Positions 62,868-64,000 of a stretch of DNA of 64,000 nt are shown here, in pieces. Source of the DNA: Eledone cirrhosa. Lineage: Eukaryota. Made by a program: the position numbers and the translations under genes. Position 1 is the first letter of the stretch. The number at the start of each line of letters is the position of its first letter. The DNA is taken from NCBI GenBank assembly GCA_964016885.1, contig OZ024741.1, forward strand, positions 238,328,001-238,392,000. Reading direction: 5' to 3'. The notes under the pieces were generated by a model that did not search any database, had not been told where the DNA came from, and was given only the letters and a program-made list of their open reading frames with translations.

Positions 62868-64000
62868 CTGCCAGGAAATAACATGCACATTTGAGAGTTT
62901 AGAAGACACAACATTATGTATTTATAAGAAAACTAGATTGACAATCATTCAACTGTAAAATTGAAGAGATTTATCTTTAATACATTCAAATGCATATATA
63001 TGTTTCTTTATTTCATTTTCTGATCTATAGTTGTTAAATTTACATTATTTACAGAGATCTCATCTCCATACTCTATACTTCAACTTCTCTCCATACTCAT
63101 ATCTATACTTCAACCCATATACATACTTTTATAGTTCAACTAATCTCAATATTCTATACTTCAAATCATCTCTATATACTTCATAGATGACTTGATCAAA
63201 CACTTTTGAATTAACTTAGATACATGAGGTTGTATTTCTTTGAGATGCGATATCTTATATTGAGGTAAATTTCTTGTACTTAGAATTAATTTCAGTGTTT
63301 TTTGTGATATTTGTAGTGTTGCTTAGATTGATCAAATACACTTAGTCAACATTAATGAAGCGGCCAAAAATGAAGGACTTTCCCACCATGGCTGTCCTGT
63401 CATCTTCATATATTAAGGTGGGGGTGTGTTTGACTACATTATTTAAAAAAAGACACATAAATATATCTGATCTGGTAAAATTAAGTATATAACAAAATCT
63501 ACAGTTAGGTTTATTTTAAAGAAAATTTTATTCAATGATAGAAAGATCTTCCAGAAGTTTGACATCTATAGGATTAGACACTTAAAATGGGACATTACAG
63601 GAGAATATAAAGAAAAGAAGAAAGATGTCTTAACAAAAATAGTGCACATAAAAATAATGATTTTCAAGGTAAATCAAGCTCAAACTGACCACACTAGCTA
63701 CAATTACATAAATCAATTACAGTAAATCAATAACTAGTAAATATAATAAACCTGATGTTAGTATGGATGTTATTCAACTTCTGAGATAATGATCATGCTT
63801 ATAATATTTCAGATTTGAGTATACAGAATACTTCTAAGGGGATGATGTATATAAAATCGGAAAATGTTCATTTTCTTTTTTAACTTTACTGATTTTGAAT
63901 TACTATTTTTTAAAGATCTATGAAATTTTGTTAAGATAAGACAGGAATACATCTAAAATAAATTTTACTGATATTATTAAAACATATCAAAACAATATAA

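Overview
AT-rich animal genomic DNA, very likely an octopus (coleoid cephalopod), judged from the gene family and the SINE/RTE/(TA)n repeat content. From 21 to 64 kb there is a head-to-tail, minus-strand protocadherin cluster: four complete genes (A-D, 872-879 aa as spliced here) and the last two exons of a fifth (E). Each gene has a short non-coding first exon, one ~2.4 kb exon (signal peptide, EC1-EC6, TM, juxtamembrane) and two small cytoplasmic exons. Main observations: (1) a homologous first-exon/promoter module recurs seven times, usually with a TGAGTCA (AP-1-like) motif ~100-125 bp from the donor, and three copies in the first 21 kb have no gene body between them; (2) EC4-TM is nearly identical between paralogs at the DNA level while EC2-EC3 vary; (3) gene D looks like a chimera made by an offset tandem duplication; (4) there are two C-terminal tail classes; (5) a SINE sits in the 5'UTR of gene D; (6) introns carry minimal hammerhead-ribozyme elements. 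The rest is decayed RTE, CR1 and CRE LINEs, Tc1/mariner relics and tRNA-derived SINEs. All alignments were done by eye; no database search was run.
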